From assembly GCA_036172245.1 (NCBI GenBank), contig JAYWIR010000032.1, positions 1,922,001 through 1,986,000 on the forward strand: a stretch of 64,000 nt of DNA, given 5' to 3'. Source of the stretch: Raillietiella orientalis. Lineage: Eukaryota. Within the stretch, counting starts at the first letter, position 1, and the number at the start of each line of letters is the position of its first letter. Positions 50,100 through 62,131 of this stretch are shown here, in pieces. The notes beneath the pieces are model-generated. The model was not told where the DNA came from and did no database searches. It saw only the letters and a program-made list of their open reading frames with translations. Position numbers and translations under genes: made by a program.

Positions 50100-52750
50100 C
50101 CAAAGCCTTCATGGAAAAAAAAATCCATTTGGATGGAAAAAAAACTTCGCGTACATGCAGTTCATCCAATTTTAAACCCGAAGGCAAGTAACCGTTTATT
50201 TTGTAGTGATCAAGTAGTGATCGTTCCCTGGTATAAGCCCTTGAAAATTGTAATCTGGTTTTTGTTGGTGTTTGCCAGATCATTCCTTTGAAATTCTTCA
50301 TGGACGGGTGAGTCTTCAGTAATCTTTTTCCTCCTCCTCTCTCGAAAACAGCAGCAAATCTGAAGCTCTGTGTGTACCTCATTTGCACCGTTTGCGGTTG
50401 CGTCTGAGCACAGCCGCCTTGCCAACCCGAGCTTTCTTTTCAACTTGCTATTTGGTGTCCAATAGAACTTTCGTTGGTGCTTTTGTGCAAAGAAAGGCCG
50501 TTTAGACCGCTTAGCTGTTGAGGCTAAACGGAGAACTTTTATCCTTTCTCTTCCTTTTTTTTTTTTTCTTTGGAACTTTGCAGTTTGAACCTCAAGTCTG
50601 ATGAATGCTCAAAGAGACTCCAAATCGCGCGAAACACGGAGCAGCCTTGCTGGAAAGATAATAAAACTACACGGTTTGGTACATGTCTGAGGTGAAAAGG
50701 CCCGGCAACGGTGGTCAGGTTTGTGGCGCGGAGAGAGAGAGAGGCACGCGGAATCCACGGAGCGGCGGAGCAGATTTGGTTTCCGTGGCGACGTGCTCTT
50801 CGTTTCTTCTGCAGAAGAGTCCCGCGACAGCAGAGCATTGGCTAACAGCCGCGATCCGAGTTCCCACGCTGATTTTGGTCAGCATCGAAACTGATTATCA
50901 GTTCATTCGATTTCGATTCCATTGCCAATTTCCTCCTCACGAAAGGATACGCTCCAACCGTAGGAGTAAATGAGTAGCCATTCAGTGAATCGTGCGGTCT
51001 TCCTCGTTGAAAGTGAAACACTTCAATAGTTTGAGACGCCACATGGTCCACTTGTCTTCACTGCCGGAGCAGTGATCTCCTCTGCTTTACAAGAGTAATT
51101 CACAGCATGGGAATTCCGTGAACGTCACCATTCGTAGGTAGTCTCAGCGTTATCTTTTGCCAGAGGCTTTCCTTGATCGACAGGCGTTCACCAGTTGATT
51201 TGAAGTCTGCGTCTCGGTGGCGTTTGACCAATTTGAGATCTGCGTCGATACAAGAAGAATCGTTTGAGAGCGTCTTTGGAAAGATGCCTCCTCGTATTGG
51301 TGTTTGGTTGGTGCTACCCCGATGAAGACTCATCGAATCACCTTTTTCCCGTTACTCTGTTACGTGTGTTCAGAGGGAACTTAGTGATCCGTGTGTTATC
51401 ACGACCAAATTCCTGTAAAAATTGCGTCTCATCCTCCCAGTGTGTGTCTATCACCAAAGGGCATCGATAGTATTTATGAGTAAATACGAGATTGGAGTGG
51501 GAGCAATCGGAGCGATGGATATGTTGGAGGCAGCGTCATGGATACGTAAGGATCAGAGATTTGGAACACAGAACGCGGCATCTCAACATCAATAGCCGGC
51601 ATGAAAAAGGCAATTTGTGATGTACACATTTCAGATGTGCATGCAGGCAACCTTGCATGGATCCCCCCCCCCCCCCAAGATGAAGATTGATTACGTTGAA
51701 ATGAATAAAATCCCGACAGTCCATTTCAAGATTTCAGCTCGTCACTGATGGTCGCAGTCTGAACTCTTTCCTCTCAGGAACGTGAATGCAGGTCCGTGGC
51801 TCATGAGATCCAAGAAATGTCCAAGCTTTTTTTAGAAAAAGACCTGCTTCGGTGGCAGCAGCAGATTATCAGCTTCTTTCAGGATGGCTGGGCTGTTCGA
51901 ACGCACTTCCAGAAATGGCCCCGACTCTTGTAATTTATTTACTTCGAATAGGCGTCGCGTTCTGAGCAGCAAATCGGTGAATATCGTGAACACGAGCTGC
52001 CCTTCGGGCTCGTCATTAGGGCAATTCAACTTGATAAAGTAAATGAATGAATCATAGAATTCGTGCATATCTGCGGCACCTCCTCCACGGGGCTGGAAAA
52101 AGATTCAAATCCAAAGTGCGTTTGGATGTTTCTTTCGTGATTTAGTATGTGACTGGGGATATAATTTTCATTTTTAAAGTCATATCTGAAATATTATTCC
52201 TCGCTTTCTCTTTCGTTCTCGAAGCAGAAATGTGGAAACACTCCACTTAAATAAAAGCAACTTCGATTAAACACTTTGGCGTTTTTCATCTTCTTGGCCT
52301 CTGCGTTGTGATGCGCCGAAGAATGCATTCATCTTCTACAAGTCTTCCTCGGCGAGGGTTTTTTTTTTTATTCCTCCACTGATTCTTTGGTTTAGAGCTT
52401 GCGAGGGCACAGGGGCATTTAGAATAATGGATCCTCTGTTGAAGGCTAACTTTGGAGAATCTGAGTAGAAGAGGTCGTAAAGACAAAGCCAGCGATCGCA
52501 CAAAAAAAAGAAGAATACGTTTCCGTGAAAGTTGAAGTTTCCCGCTGAGTTGGACATTTGTGGGCCTCACACTCATCTCTTGCAGAGGTCGGTAGGATTT
52601 TCTAATCCCTTTAGAGAATCGGATTCTATGCGGTGGCACGGCTTGCTGAAGAAGCGGACGCTTGACGAAATTTTTGGCCGCAGAAGAATTGTAAAAGTGA
52701 TGCTTCTACTAACAGAAGCTTATCTGTCTGATGTCATTGCTTATTAACAA
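50100..52750 (-). mobile_element. Penelope-like (Neptune-type) retroelement, nearly full-length but decayed
   Basis: VRFFSKPCHRIESDSLKGL, KPKNQW, EPEGQLVF..PAILKEADNLL, CIDADLKL, GIPCCELL..HCS, FQRGRP, SPVHEEF, RERSLLDHYKINGYLPSGL. Confidence 0.65.
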
Positions 52751-53444
52751 AATAGGCCAGGAGAGAAATACTTCTAAGGGAAGAAAAAAAATTAAACAAG
52801 AGGCACTCTCTCTCTCTCTGCATGCTAGAAAGGATAACCGACGAATGTTTATAGCTTATTGGGGACACGGAGAAACTTCGAGCGCCGCCATCCTGTGATA
52901 GCAAGGAGTCACAAAGCCTGAGGATTCTACGAAAGCAAAGAGAGCGGCTTTTAAATGTAGCTCGGAGCCACGACGGTTCTACTCAGGTAACAGCGAATAA
53001 AAGCACTTCTAAAAGGAGGTGCTTCTAAAAAGAATGAAACTACTTTTGTTTTTTGTTTTTAAGCCATGTTGGATTCGGTTCACCCCTTTTGCTACTTTCC
53101 GTTTCCCACATGGTAGGCCTCGTGGGGCCACACGCGCCCCGGGAAATGTGCAAGTCGCAAACGCGTCAGCGCGATGACCAAAATTCATACCGGGACGTCG
53201 TAGCGCCCGTTGGCGCACTCAATCTTAACTTCCTGACGTTTTGAAGAAAGCCGGGTTATGCCCCGAGATGGCACTTGGCGTTCTGCCGGCCGGCTGCGGA
53301 TGGAAGCTCCAATGGCTTGGGGTAAACCTGTGCTGCATCGATTAAACACCTTCGCAGTTTTCATCTTTGTGGTCTCTGCGCCCTGGGGCACCGAAGAATG
53401 AATTCGCAGAATTAATTAGCGCGATTGCCGCTCGGCTTGCTTTG

Positions 53445-54173
53445 GCGGCCCCGTGTGGGGCTGCGGTCTCGGCACGCGCGGTGCAAAGCGTTGCGGGTTC
53501 GAATCCCGACCGGGAAAGGATCACCGTCGAAAAATGGGGGTGCGTTCTGGATTTCGAGTGTCCCCCCCCCCTTCTTCTCAGGGTGACGCTGGTTAGCCTC
53601 TTCAAGTGCGGCACTGATAACAGATGGAAATCCGTTGAGTGGCCGGGATTGAAAGCTGACCCTCCGGGTTCTTCCAAGACATCAAGGAGCCGCTTCCCTT
53701 CTGGGTCCTTCTCGGGAAGAGACTCTCCATTGCGTTCCATGGAGCTGGCTGACACCCTATCCGGGGAGTTGCTTCTCCAGAGTGTAAAAAAGGGAACTAC
53801 TCCCTTCAGGTAGCGACTACTCCGGAGAAATCAGGAAGAGTCCCTCTGGAACTCTCTTCGGAATAGGAAACGAGGAGCGGATCCTTTCCGGGTCCCCTCC
53901 GGAGAGAATGAGGGAAAAGGTTCCCTTCGGTGTTTAGCTACAAAGAGTAAGAGGAACCTGGAGGAAGGAGTCCTCCTTCCTCCAGGGTCCTTCCTGGATT
54001 CATACGGTGGTTACTACGGGTTCGACCTCTAACTCGAAGAGCTCCACGCAACCCCTGAGGAGGCGGATGGTTCTTCAGCACTTGGCGGACCTCTCCCCCT
54101 TAAAAAGAAACCGAAAGAGCCGGTAGGAGAGCAGTGAAAACAGGAGGACCCAAGGGGTTTTCCACTTCCCTAG
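53445..54173 (+). mobile_element. tRNA-headed SINE-like family A, near-complete copy
   Basis: Pol III B-box GGTTCGAATCCC at 53496-53507 in a tRNA-like head. The body is shared with about 8 other loci. It ends in a hairpin plus CTAG. Confidence 0.7.
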
Positions 54174-54174
54174 A

Positions 54175-55500
54175 TCAATGCAACGATCTCCCCGTGAGTT
54201 CGCCTGTGGCCTTCAATGTAAGAATCCATTCGTCTTCGCAAGTGTTCCTCAATGGGCGTTCCTTAGTCCTTCCCTGATTCCCTGGCCGGGAGCTCGCGAT
54301 GGCACGGGAGCGTTCAGGACTGCAGCCTGGCATCTCTTCGCGTTCCAAGCGGCGCACGTGTCCCTGGTCGTGAAGCGCCGGGCTGTTTCCCTTGGGCGCT
54401 GTGACCCCCAGCGTCACGGTCGCGCTCCGCTGAGAGTAGAGCCTCCTTTCTCGCCTCCGGGCGAGATGCGTTTCGACTGGCAGCGCACGGGACTCTCATC
54501 CTCGGAAAGCCACGGAAATTCCGCAGAAAGACCGGGGGCGTCCCGAACGCGCGATCCCAATGAGCCTCGAGGTTCCCCAGGAACCCCGTTTTCGTCCGGG
54601 TGCGCACGCTAGCGGTTGTGGCGCGCAGCGTTGGATGTTGGGGGGAAGGTGGGATTGCGACCGTAGAGACAAACGCACCTTCCCCGTTCGGCTTGCCTCA
54701 AGAGGCCCTCCCAATGCGTCCAGAAAGGCGAGACCCTTCCCCTGACAGTCCCCCTCTCCCCTCTCTCGGTGATAGGTCCGAAAATCTTCCCTCAGGATTG
54801 GAGGCGTTGTGGTCGCTGTTCTGCTTCCCGCTCGGGGTGGGCTCTTCCTTCCAGAAGCTCCTCCCCCGACGACGACGCTCCGGGTCAGCTCGAGTCTCCC
54901 GGAGACCCAGTTTGGCTGTTTGTCAACGCCCGTCCCCACGCGTCGCCTGTGACAACGCCATTTGCCCGCGTGCGATGGCACGTTCCCACGTGCCCTTCGT
55001 TACCTGTCACTCATTGCGAGAGTGCATCTCGCCCGTCCCTCGTTTCCGGAGCAACGCACACGCCTATCCCGGAATGTCTCGCTCGCGATCATTTTCGAGG
55101 GTGACGCATGCCTTTCTCCTCCCCTCCCCCAGCGTCCCGGTCTTTGTCGCATCTCCCTCCGCGTCCCTCTCCATGGTCCGCTTCGCAGGATCCGAGCGCC
55201 ACTCCCGCTGGTTTTCTTCCCTCTTCTCGGGAGGCTCTCGGGAGCTGCTGCTCCGCGGTCAGAGCAGCACCTCACCTCTCGAGCTCTGCTCCCGACGGGA
55301 CCTCGACCATCCCGAGTTCGAAGGCCGTCTGGAGCGTTCTCCACGAGGAACGGTTCGCCTGCTCGAGCAGAGACGGCGGGGGAAGGCAAACAAACAGCAG
55401 CTCGCGAAGGCGTCACTTCAGAGTGACGCTATGAAGGCAAACACGGCAAAGAACTTGTTGACCTCCGTGAACCCTTTGCACACCTACAGCCGAAGACTGC
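54175..55500 (-). mobile_element. L1/Tx1 relic: ORF1 end and endonuclease N-terminus
   Basis: GSWGTSRL..ALPVETHL (SWNVRGL..LQETH-like), preceded by a degenerate knuckle region. Confidence 0.5.
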
Positions 55501-55772
55501 AATGAACTCTTCTAAAAAAAAATGGGTGATTGGGGGTGGGGGAACAACAGAGCCGGTGCTGTCCTGCCCAACTTTTCACCTCCCAACTCCAAATTAGGAA
55601 GAGGGCAGTCCGCGGTTGACCCGTTCCAATTGGTTGGCAGACGATCATCCAGAAGGAACGTCTGGCAGATTCAAGACTTCTGGAAAACGGAAAGTGGAAG
55701 TTCCATGGAAGTTTTTTTTTTTTTTGGAGGCCAGGAGCGACCTCACGGGGAGGTCGCCACCAGTAGAAAGGA

Positions 55773-56820
55773 CTAGGATGGACATTGTTTGGGGTTCTTC
55801 AGTTTTCGCTGCTCTCCTTTCAGCTTTTCTCTTCTTTTTGGGTTCGCCAAGTGCTGGAGAACCTCATGCCTACCCAGGGAGCGTTGACAAAACTGTTCGC
55901 CGCCGTCCACGCCATCCGAGGGTGTGTGTAACTCGTCTAGTGGAGGGGTGACCTGTAGGGACCACCCTATGGATCCAGGAACATTCTGGAGGAAAGAGTC
56001 TGTTCCTCTTGCTCTTCGTAGGGAACCTAGAAGGAACGCGTTCTAATTTCTCTGAAGGAGCAGCGCACACTTTTTGACACTCTGGGCATTGAGGAAGGTA
56101 CCAACCAGCCCTATGGTACGCGATGGAGGTTCTGTCCAAGGAAGGAGGGGAGGTATTCTCTTCCAACAACAGGAAGGAAACCTTTAAGGGAAGGTTCCTT
56201 AATTCCAGGAAGCACCCTGAAGCTCTTCAACTCTATGTACGCCATCAGAGGGTGCGTCTGACTTTTCAATGCTAAGCAAGTGACCCCTACGCTTGGTGGG
56301 AAGCCCCGAAAGAAACCTCTTCCTTATTCTCTCCGGAAAGGACCCGAAAAGGATTTGCTCCTGGAATTTCGACCCCTCAGAAAGAATCCGCTCCTCGTTT
56401 CCTCCTCCGAAGAGAGCTTTAAAGGGAAGCTTCCCGATTTCTCCGGAGTAGTCGCTCCCCGAAGGGAGCAGCATCCTTTTTGAGACTCTGGAGAGGCAAT
56501 TCCCCTGAAAAGATGTCAGTCCGCTCCATGGTACGCAATGGAGAGTCTCTTCCCTAGGTAAACTTAGAAGGGAAGCGGCTCCTTGATGTCTTGGAAGAAC
56601 CCGGAGGGTCAGCTTTCAATCCCGGCCACTCAACGGATTTTCATCTTTCATCATTGCCGCACGTGAAGAGCCATCCTGAGAAGGAAGGGGGGAATCTCGA
56701 AACACCTACGGCGCACCATACGTTTCTCTGCGTCGATGGTTCCCCGGGCGGGATTCAAATCCGCTCTTTCGTGCTCGGCGGCCAGAACCTCTGCCAAGCT
56801 CGAACCGCGCGGCTCGCCAC
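55773..56820 (-). mobile_element. tRNA-headed SINE-like family A, near-complete copy
   Basis: Reverse complement of the 53.5-54.2 kb element (e.g. GAAGAACCCGGAGGGTCAGCTTTCAATCCCGGCCACTCAACGGATTT). B-box-like GGATTTGAATCCC at about 56750-56762. Confidence 0.7.
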
Positions 56821-58308
56821 TTGCTTCAGCACGTGCGGGCTTCCGCGGGCCTTCCCGACTGTTTACTGGAGAAGTAGCTACATGTCCCTGACGAGCACGT
56901 AACCGTTCCTTCGCCTCCGATCCGAGCGCGGCACCTGCAGCCGGTCAAATCCACGTTTCCGGGTTTCTTTTTCGAGATGACGAAGAAGTCCTTGGCGCTG
57001 CCTGGCCCCTCTGGAAGGACAGATGCTGCTTTGTTTTGCTTTTGCTTTATTTCCCCTCCCTCTCTTACCCCCCCCCCCTTCTCTGTCTTTCTCTCTCCTG
57101 TGCCTGTGGGTCCGAGACCCGAACTACGACGCATGATGAGGACTGCGATGCTGAAGAATGGGCGAGGAGGAGCACCTGATTGAATTGCATTATCACGAAT
57201 CTCCGTCTTGGAGCTGCAGCCAGATCCTCTCCGCTCCACGCTTTGCTGAGCAAAAATTTTCGCTCGAGTGCAAAGAGGTCTTCATTCATCTGCGCGGCTT
57301 CCCTGCGGCTGCGCCCAGGTGCGATCCGATGATGGATGGATGCTTTTGCAAGCGGATGAGCTGATAGGGCTGCTCGGCAGGCAGGATCGGATCCGCCAGT
57401 ACCTGCTCACCCCTTTGTAGTGATCTGGTCTCCCCTCGAAGACTCCTCCACACAAGGAGCTTCTCGGTCCCACGAGACGACGACGACCAAGAGTAGATTG
57501 GCGCGGGAGGCCATCGATCGGAACGACCGATCCGCCAAGCGAACGTTTCCCCAGATGAGACGGAAAGCCTCGCTCACCATCTTCTCGCTTCACCTTCGAT
57601 GCGCGTGCGTCGAGGATGCACCTGGAACGGCGGCGCGCATTTTGAAGATCGGAGGAGAATTCCCGTTCCCTGGAGCCGAACCCCTCGGACGAAGAAAATA
57701 ATCTGGGAAGTGAGCGACGATAACGCACCGGAGGTCGTGGCAAGGAGTTCAACGGCAACGAAATCGGCAAGGCGGTGGTGTGCAGCAGGAGGGAGCACAA
57801 ACACCTCTGTGCTGACTCGGCCTCGAAGCTCCATGGCTCCCCTTGGCGCTCGCAGTGGCGGCAGTGAATTTTTTTTTAAAAAAAGTTGAGGAATCCCTCC
57901 GGGACGCCAAAGGGCAGACCGTTCTCGATCTCGACCTCATTCGCAGAGGTCGAGACTTTTTTAGCTTATCGATCATGTCGGCGTGACCGTTTCTTTCACC
58001 TTTTACTTTTGGGAGGAAATGCTCTGCATCGAAGGAGTATTCCTGTGCTTTTCAGGTCTGCCCATCCAGGAAGCTCACGCGCAGAGATTAGAGAGGGCGA
58101 TTCCTGGAAGAGTGGAGAAGGCTTCGGAGTGAAAGGCACGCATGAACTTCCAGAACAATCTAGCAAACACCGTTTTTCGAGGTCATGACCAGGATCTTTT
58201 AGGATCTTTTGGGGAGTCTTTTCATTTCTGTGAACCCCCACGTCACGGTTCCTCTGCGCCGGTCATCTCACCGCTAAAGGTAATGATGGTATAACCCTGG
58301 AGAGGAAG

Positions 58309-59082
58309 AATATGGAGCAGTAGGAACATACCTTAGCGCTCTCCAGAGGCGATGTGCGTCTGCTGGGAAGCGCCGACGCAGTCAGCAGGTACGCCTAAGA
58401 CATCCGGATTCTAGAGAGGACGTCCTGTGGGTCAGAAAAGACATTGCCTTCTTCTTGGGAGAGGTCTTCACCGCGACGATGCAGAGCAGAGGGCGTGCAG
58501 CAGCAGCGGAGTGGGAGAAGCGATGGACCTTCGGGCAACCAGGATGCCGGAGGCTGTGGAAAAGATCCCACTCCTCATTTCTTGATCCAGCTGGTCCTGC
58601 ACAACGCGGGCTCGTACAACACGAAAAAGAAAAAAATGCTGGCTGCCCTCGCGAGAGCTCGAGGGAGGAAACGTCCAGGTTTCTCGCCCTTCAAGGAGCC
58701 GCGGGGCAGGTGCCCTGCGTGGCAAGGGACTACGACTCCCGTCTTCCCGATTCCTACGTGCGGGAACCCCATCCACGGGAGAAGCGACCACCTGGTAGGT
58801 CAGGATCGGGGAAGATACGTGAGGAGAACGGTTGAAATGGATTTGTCTGCACCTGGTGCTCCAGAGAGGAAGTCTGGAGGCTGCGCGGGCAACGCGGCGA
58901 CCGCAGCGGAGGAAACGAGGCGAAAGAAAGAGATGCGTTCGTCGAGAGGGGACGATGCTGGCCTCGGTACGGCGCCAGCGGCATCCATCTGGCATGGCTG
59001 GGACATGCGGTGAGGGACGCATCCCGGGTCGCTAGCCGCTGAGGAACGACCTCCAGCGAGCTCCCGACCGGATCATCAGACG
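58309..59082 (-). repeat. Near-identical inverted copy of 29517-30290 (L1/Tx1 internal relic)
   Basis: The ORF translations are identical (29577..30131+ equals 58468..59022-). Only a few substitutions over 774 bp. Confidence 0.95.
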
Positions 59083-59454
59083 ATGCAAATTGTGGAGAAT
59101 GTCCTTCTTTCGTACTGAGCATTTCCTCAAGAAAACCCTCCTTGTTGTTGCTCCTGAGAATGACAACGTGCACCTTCTTGTGATACCGAAGATGAAAGAT
59201 GCGGCGTTCTCTTTTGATCCACCATGTTTTATTTTCGGAGTCTTCGTTTGGCATTCTGCTTTAGTCAGGAAGCTGATGACGGGAGGCTAAAAAACATATG
59301 CAAGGGCTGCATCGGAGTCCTCATGGACAGCAGATCTACCGAAAGACCAAAGTCTACTCCATCGACTTCCCGGTCAAAGTGACCGTTTCAGATTGCACTC
59401 CCTTCGGCAGATCCTCACGAATAACTTTGCCTGCTTCGCTGCTTCGGATCTCAG

Positions 59455-59680
59455 GACCAACCGTGTTTGGCCGAATGATTGCCGTGAGGCATTTGCAAGT
59501 AGGCGATTGTGACGTAAGAATGGTGGCCAAGCATTAGTGACGAAACGGTTGTGACCAAACATTTGTGGCGAAGGGATTGTGGTCAGACGCTAGTCACGAA
59601 AGGATTGCGACCGTACATCGGTGTACGAGCGATTGTGGCGAAACATAGGTGGCGAGAGGATTGTGGCCAAACAAAGTTGC
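59455..59680 (+). repeat. Degenerate ~28-bp minisatellite
   Basis: GATTGTGG..AAACAT..GTGGCGA units recurring with a period of about 28 nt. Confidence 0.65.
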
Positions 59681-60479
59681 TGAATAGATCACAGCAAAGC
59701 ATGAGGCGTGATATCTTCGTGAGGAGGAAGAATCGGAAGACAACACATGCCTCTGAATCTTTCATCTTAATCTCCATCTGCCAAGGGAATGCGGGAACGA
59801 TCCAACGTGACCGGGCCGTTCTCCTCTGTGCCCTCTCAGCGAACCGACGAGGTATTTGTATTTATCTCAAAAGGCTTTTCTGGAGTGATCACTCGCTGCA
59901 GACCGATCCTCCGGGAACACCCGGATTTCGGAATGTCGCCTCACGGTTCGCTTCTTCCCCGACTCCGCAATCTTCCAAGCTGAATGGAACGTCTTTCTGG
60001 CGTTCCTTTTTGTCGGGGAGATTCATTTCCTGATTTCAACGTCATGCCGGTTTCCAAGTCTGCTCCTCCCACGCGCATTCCATTTGCGCTCCACTCCGGG
60101 CGCCAGGGGAACACTTTCCGTTTCGAAACTTTCGGTTCCAGATGAATGAACTCGGCGCTCTGCCTCGCGAGCGGTCCCCATCCGCAGCCTGGTGAGCGCG
60201 GGGTCTTAACCATCCCACGCCAGGCTGTCGCGGCGACAGCGGCGTCCCGGATTCACGAGCGGAAAACCGCTCCCGTAAACCGGGAAGACATGCGCTCCGG
60301 CCCCTTCCTCCCCTGCGCGATCTCGTCTTCCGTTCGATTCGGGAACGTTCCCTGCTCCGAAGAGAACGGGTTGCCTCGGAACGGAGACAGCGCCGCAAGC
60401 GGATCTCGGAGGAATCCCCGCTTTCCCTTTCTTTGGCGGAGAAAGAAGTGGACCCCTGTGATGTCATTCGCATCGTTCA

Positions 60480-61990
60480 GTTTGTTTGTCTGTTGTTGTT
60501 TTTTTCTTTTTTTTGATTCGAGCGAACTTGGAAGCGCGCCTTCCGATCCACCTGCTCGGCACGAGAAGGCCATCTCCAGTGCTTCTGAAAGCGCGGAGCA
60601 GCCTTCAGTATCAGGTCGACCCGCGGAAGCTGTGCCACTTTCGTGCCTGCTTCCGGGAAGGACGGCAAGCCTTGTTTCTTAATTGCGGCTCGCTGGTATC
60701 CCTCCGGGGTCCGCACTTTTCCCTCGCTCTTCTAACTCCCCTGGGGGCACGCTGTCCGTGCTTCATGAGAGCCTTCGGGGGGAAGAGGAGCTCGAGCCGA
60801 AATTCAACCGGAACTTCCGCCGAGTCTTCCCGGACGGCGAACGCGAAACTCTCCCGGAGCCACAAATCAAACGGAGCAGCGCTCGTCCCGTCCCGCGCCC
60901 ATCCATTTCCCTGGAGGAAGCTTTCGACAGCGACTCCCGACTGCAGTCTTCCACTGAGCTGCGCATCCCTCCGCTTCCCACCTGCCCAGGCTTCCCAGGG
61001 TGCCATCGACCTGCGACTTTGGCGGGAGAACTGCTTGACCTTGAAGATGCTGCACTCTCGAAATCGCAAGCCGCGAATCGTATTCTGGGTCAGGTTTCTA
61101 GCCCACCGGGAGAGTTGCGCGACGATCCCTTGGAAGGGTGGTCCGTGGGCCGAGGAACTCAAGGATCGCTGCTGCCCCAGTTCGAGAGACCATTCCTCCC
61201 TTCCTTGCGCCTGAGTCGCTTCACTCCAGGGAGCGAGTAGGAGAAAGAGGAAGGAAAAAACAGGGAGAACGGAGGAAGAGAAGGAAGACAGGGTGGGGGT
61301 GGAGGAGGAAGGGAGGGAGGAAGAAGAACAAAGGAAGAAGAGAAAGAATGGGGAAGGAGGAACAGAAGAAGAAGAGGAAGAACGGAGGAAGAGAGCCCGG
61401 GAGGCCCTCAGCATCGCCTTCCTCTCTAGCATGCGCATGCTCCTGCCGCTGCTGGCTCAGGGCATGTTCTTCCCGTTCTGTCGCATAGCCTGGATGGTGC
61501 CTCATCCAGATAGCCCAATAAACCTGTGAACTCGATCGGATATTCGAAGCCACCATGGGGTACTTTACCTTCTCTACACCTTGTCTCTGGACGCCAAGCT
61601 CTCGAAGGACTGCCTCGCTCACAGTATCTCTTCCCTCATGATTTTCTTCATGGTCCAACTTCGTGTTTCTTGCCTCTTGCCCTCACGGGATATCCTGGAC
61701 ACGTATTCTTTCGTCTTTGCGAAGACCAAACGTCAGGGAATCTGGATCGCAGTCTCTACTGAGAGTGCTGCTCTTTCCACCCTTTGAACAGCGTCCGTTT
61801 ACATGCGCCGAGTTTCTACCTCTCTCTGGAGAGAGAGAATTTCCGGCAATGACATCTTTCGCTGTCAGCGGTATCTGGGCTGTTCCATCTCGCCTTCCAC
61901 ACTACGCCCGCTTCTGACAGTCTTCAGGCCAATGGCTGCAGCGATCGACTCCTTGCAACGTGATTCCGCCCAGAATGAAAAAATTCTTCT
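60480..61990 (+). mobile_element. L1/Tx1-clade LINE relic, RT domain, interrupted by a GA-rich tract
   Basis: DPRKLCHFR..LFLNC, SISLEEAFDSDS (DxxKAFDS), WSVGRGTQGSLL (RGxxQG), RVSCLL, QRYLGCSI (KYLG). Confidence 0.7.
61240..61400 (+). repeat. GA-rich low-complexity tract
   Basis: Almost pure purine GAA/GGA run. Confidence 0.8.
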
Positions 61991-62131
61991 CTCTTGATAA
62001 TCATCCATCTCGTCTTTTAGGTTGCAGGTGGGCTATGGTTGTTGCGATCCCGGTCACGCCCCTTTACATCAGCGTGTTCTGGAGGCACTATTCGGGGACA
62101 CCAACATGCAGGTCCGCTGTCCAGAGAAAAG

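Noticed and set aside
49900..50443. Second host gene convergent with CNTD1
   Set aside because: The frames contain frameshifted GIY-YIG endonuclease remnants continuous with the Penelope-like relic.
50598..50636. Hammerhead core CTGATGA...GAAAC on the plus strand
   Set aside because: The intervening sequence does not form stem II, and the site is antisense inside a Penelope ORF relic.
53445..53515. Functional tRNA gene
   Set aside because: Has a B-box and T-loop but no clean cloverleaf, and it continues directly into a dispersed repeat body, so it is treated as a SINE-like head.
54600..55505. 301-aa ORF
   Set aside because: Antisense to a Tx1 ORF1/endonuclease relic, with biased composition.
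59455..59680. CRISPR array
   Set aside because: Degenerate contiguous ~28-bp units with no unique spacers, no cas genes, and a eukaryotic context.
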